NCBI GenBank assembly: GCA_013239625.1
Contig: MU053652.1
Span: 3,102,001-3,166,000 of the forward strand
Source of the DNA: Lama guanicoe
Lineage: Eukaryota
Length of the DNA: 64,000 bases
Direction: 5' to 3'
Shown here: positions 63,346 to 64,000 of the stretch, piece after piece
Layout: the number at the start of each line of letters is the position of its first letter
Position numbering within the stretch: position 1 is the stretch's first letter
The notes under the pieces: model-generated
Told to the model about the DNA's origin: nothing
The model's input: the letters and a program-made list of their open reading frames with translations, nothing else
The model's database searches: none
Position numbers and translations under genes: made by a program

Positions 63346-64000
63346 AAACAAAGTAACAAATAGTGGGGAAGTTACAGAGTTACAAGAAATCATAAAAGTA
63401 CTAGTCAATAGTTGTCCCTGGTCATCACTGAGTTACATTTGGGGCTTAACCTGTCTTCTCTTAGCCCCTCTCCCAACCCCCTTTTTAGCTGTTGGTTCTG
63501 GGAGCCCCTGTCCAGTCTCATCTGTGTTGGATGATAGACCAGGCTACTCACTCTAGCACGAGGTAGATTCAAGTTGGCACCATTGCTGGGTCTGAATCCC
63601 AGGTTGTTCCCTCTGGCCCTGGGTGGACCTGCACTTGCAGCCACCCTGGATCCATAACCCCCTGGGTAGGAAGGCACTTTTCTATCTGGCCTCCAGTATT
63701 TCTCCTTCAAGCATTAGGCATCCAACTTTAACCTTTAATTACCTCCTTTATCCCTTTATGAGGTTTCTCTAGTTCCGTTCCCTTTTAGCTACACTTTCTT
63801 TCCTGGTCTGTTTTCCTCTGGTTAGACTCATTTAAAATATGTCCACCAGCCAGTAATTAAGCTGGCTGTACTCTTTAGTAAAGCTAGTTTTATTTAGCCT
63901 TGTTCTAAACCAGTATCTGGGCCCAGTCTTAATGTAGCCCTGTGGCTTCTGCCATCATCCTGGGCGATTCCACATTTTTTTAGTTTTTTCCAGTAGCCAC

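Overview
Mammalian genomic DNA, most likely camelid, judged from two tRNA-Ala-derived SINEs of the vic-1 type. The window holds the last three coding exons of TSGA13 (1-3448, +). A CpG island follows immediately, then coding exons 1-20 of COPG2 (coatomer gamma-2; ATG 3868, exon 20 ends 62500, +). All COPG2 introns are GT-AG, and the 20 exons join into an uninterrupted 2149-nt frame (716 codons + 1 nt); the C-terminal exons lie beyond the window. Introns are packed with L1, L2, MIR, MaLR/ERVL LTRs, Tigger/Charlie DNA-transposon fossils and microsatellites. Repeat family names and boundaries are by-eye estimates. This is a known locus next to imprinted MEST, and I see no clear new biological system. 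Best leads: a decayed duplicate of a TSGA13 exon; an in-frame TSGA13-COPG2 read-through splice route; opposing polyadenylation signals at the start of COPG2 intron 20; a possible homeobox relic on the antisense strand; a candidate 40-nt poison exon; and a direct repeat bracketing exon 15.
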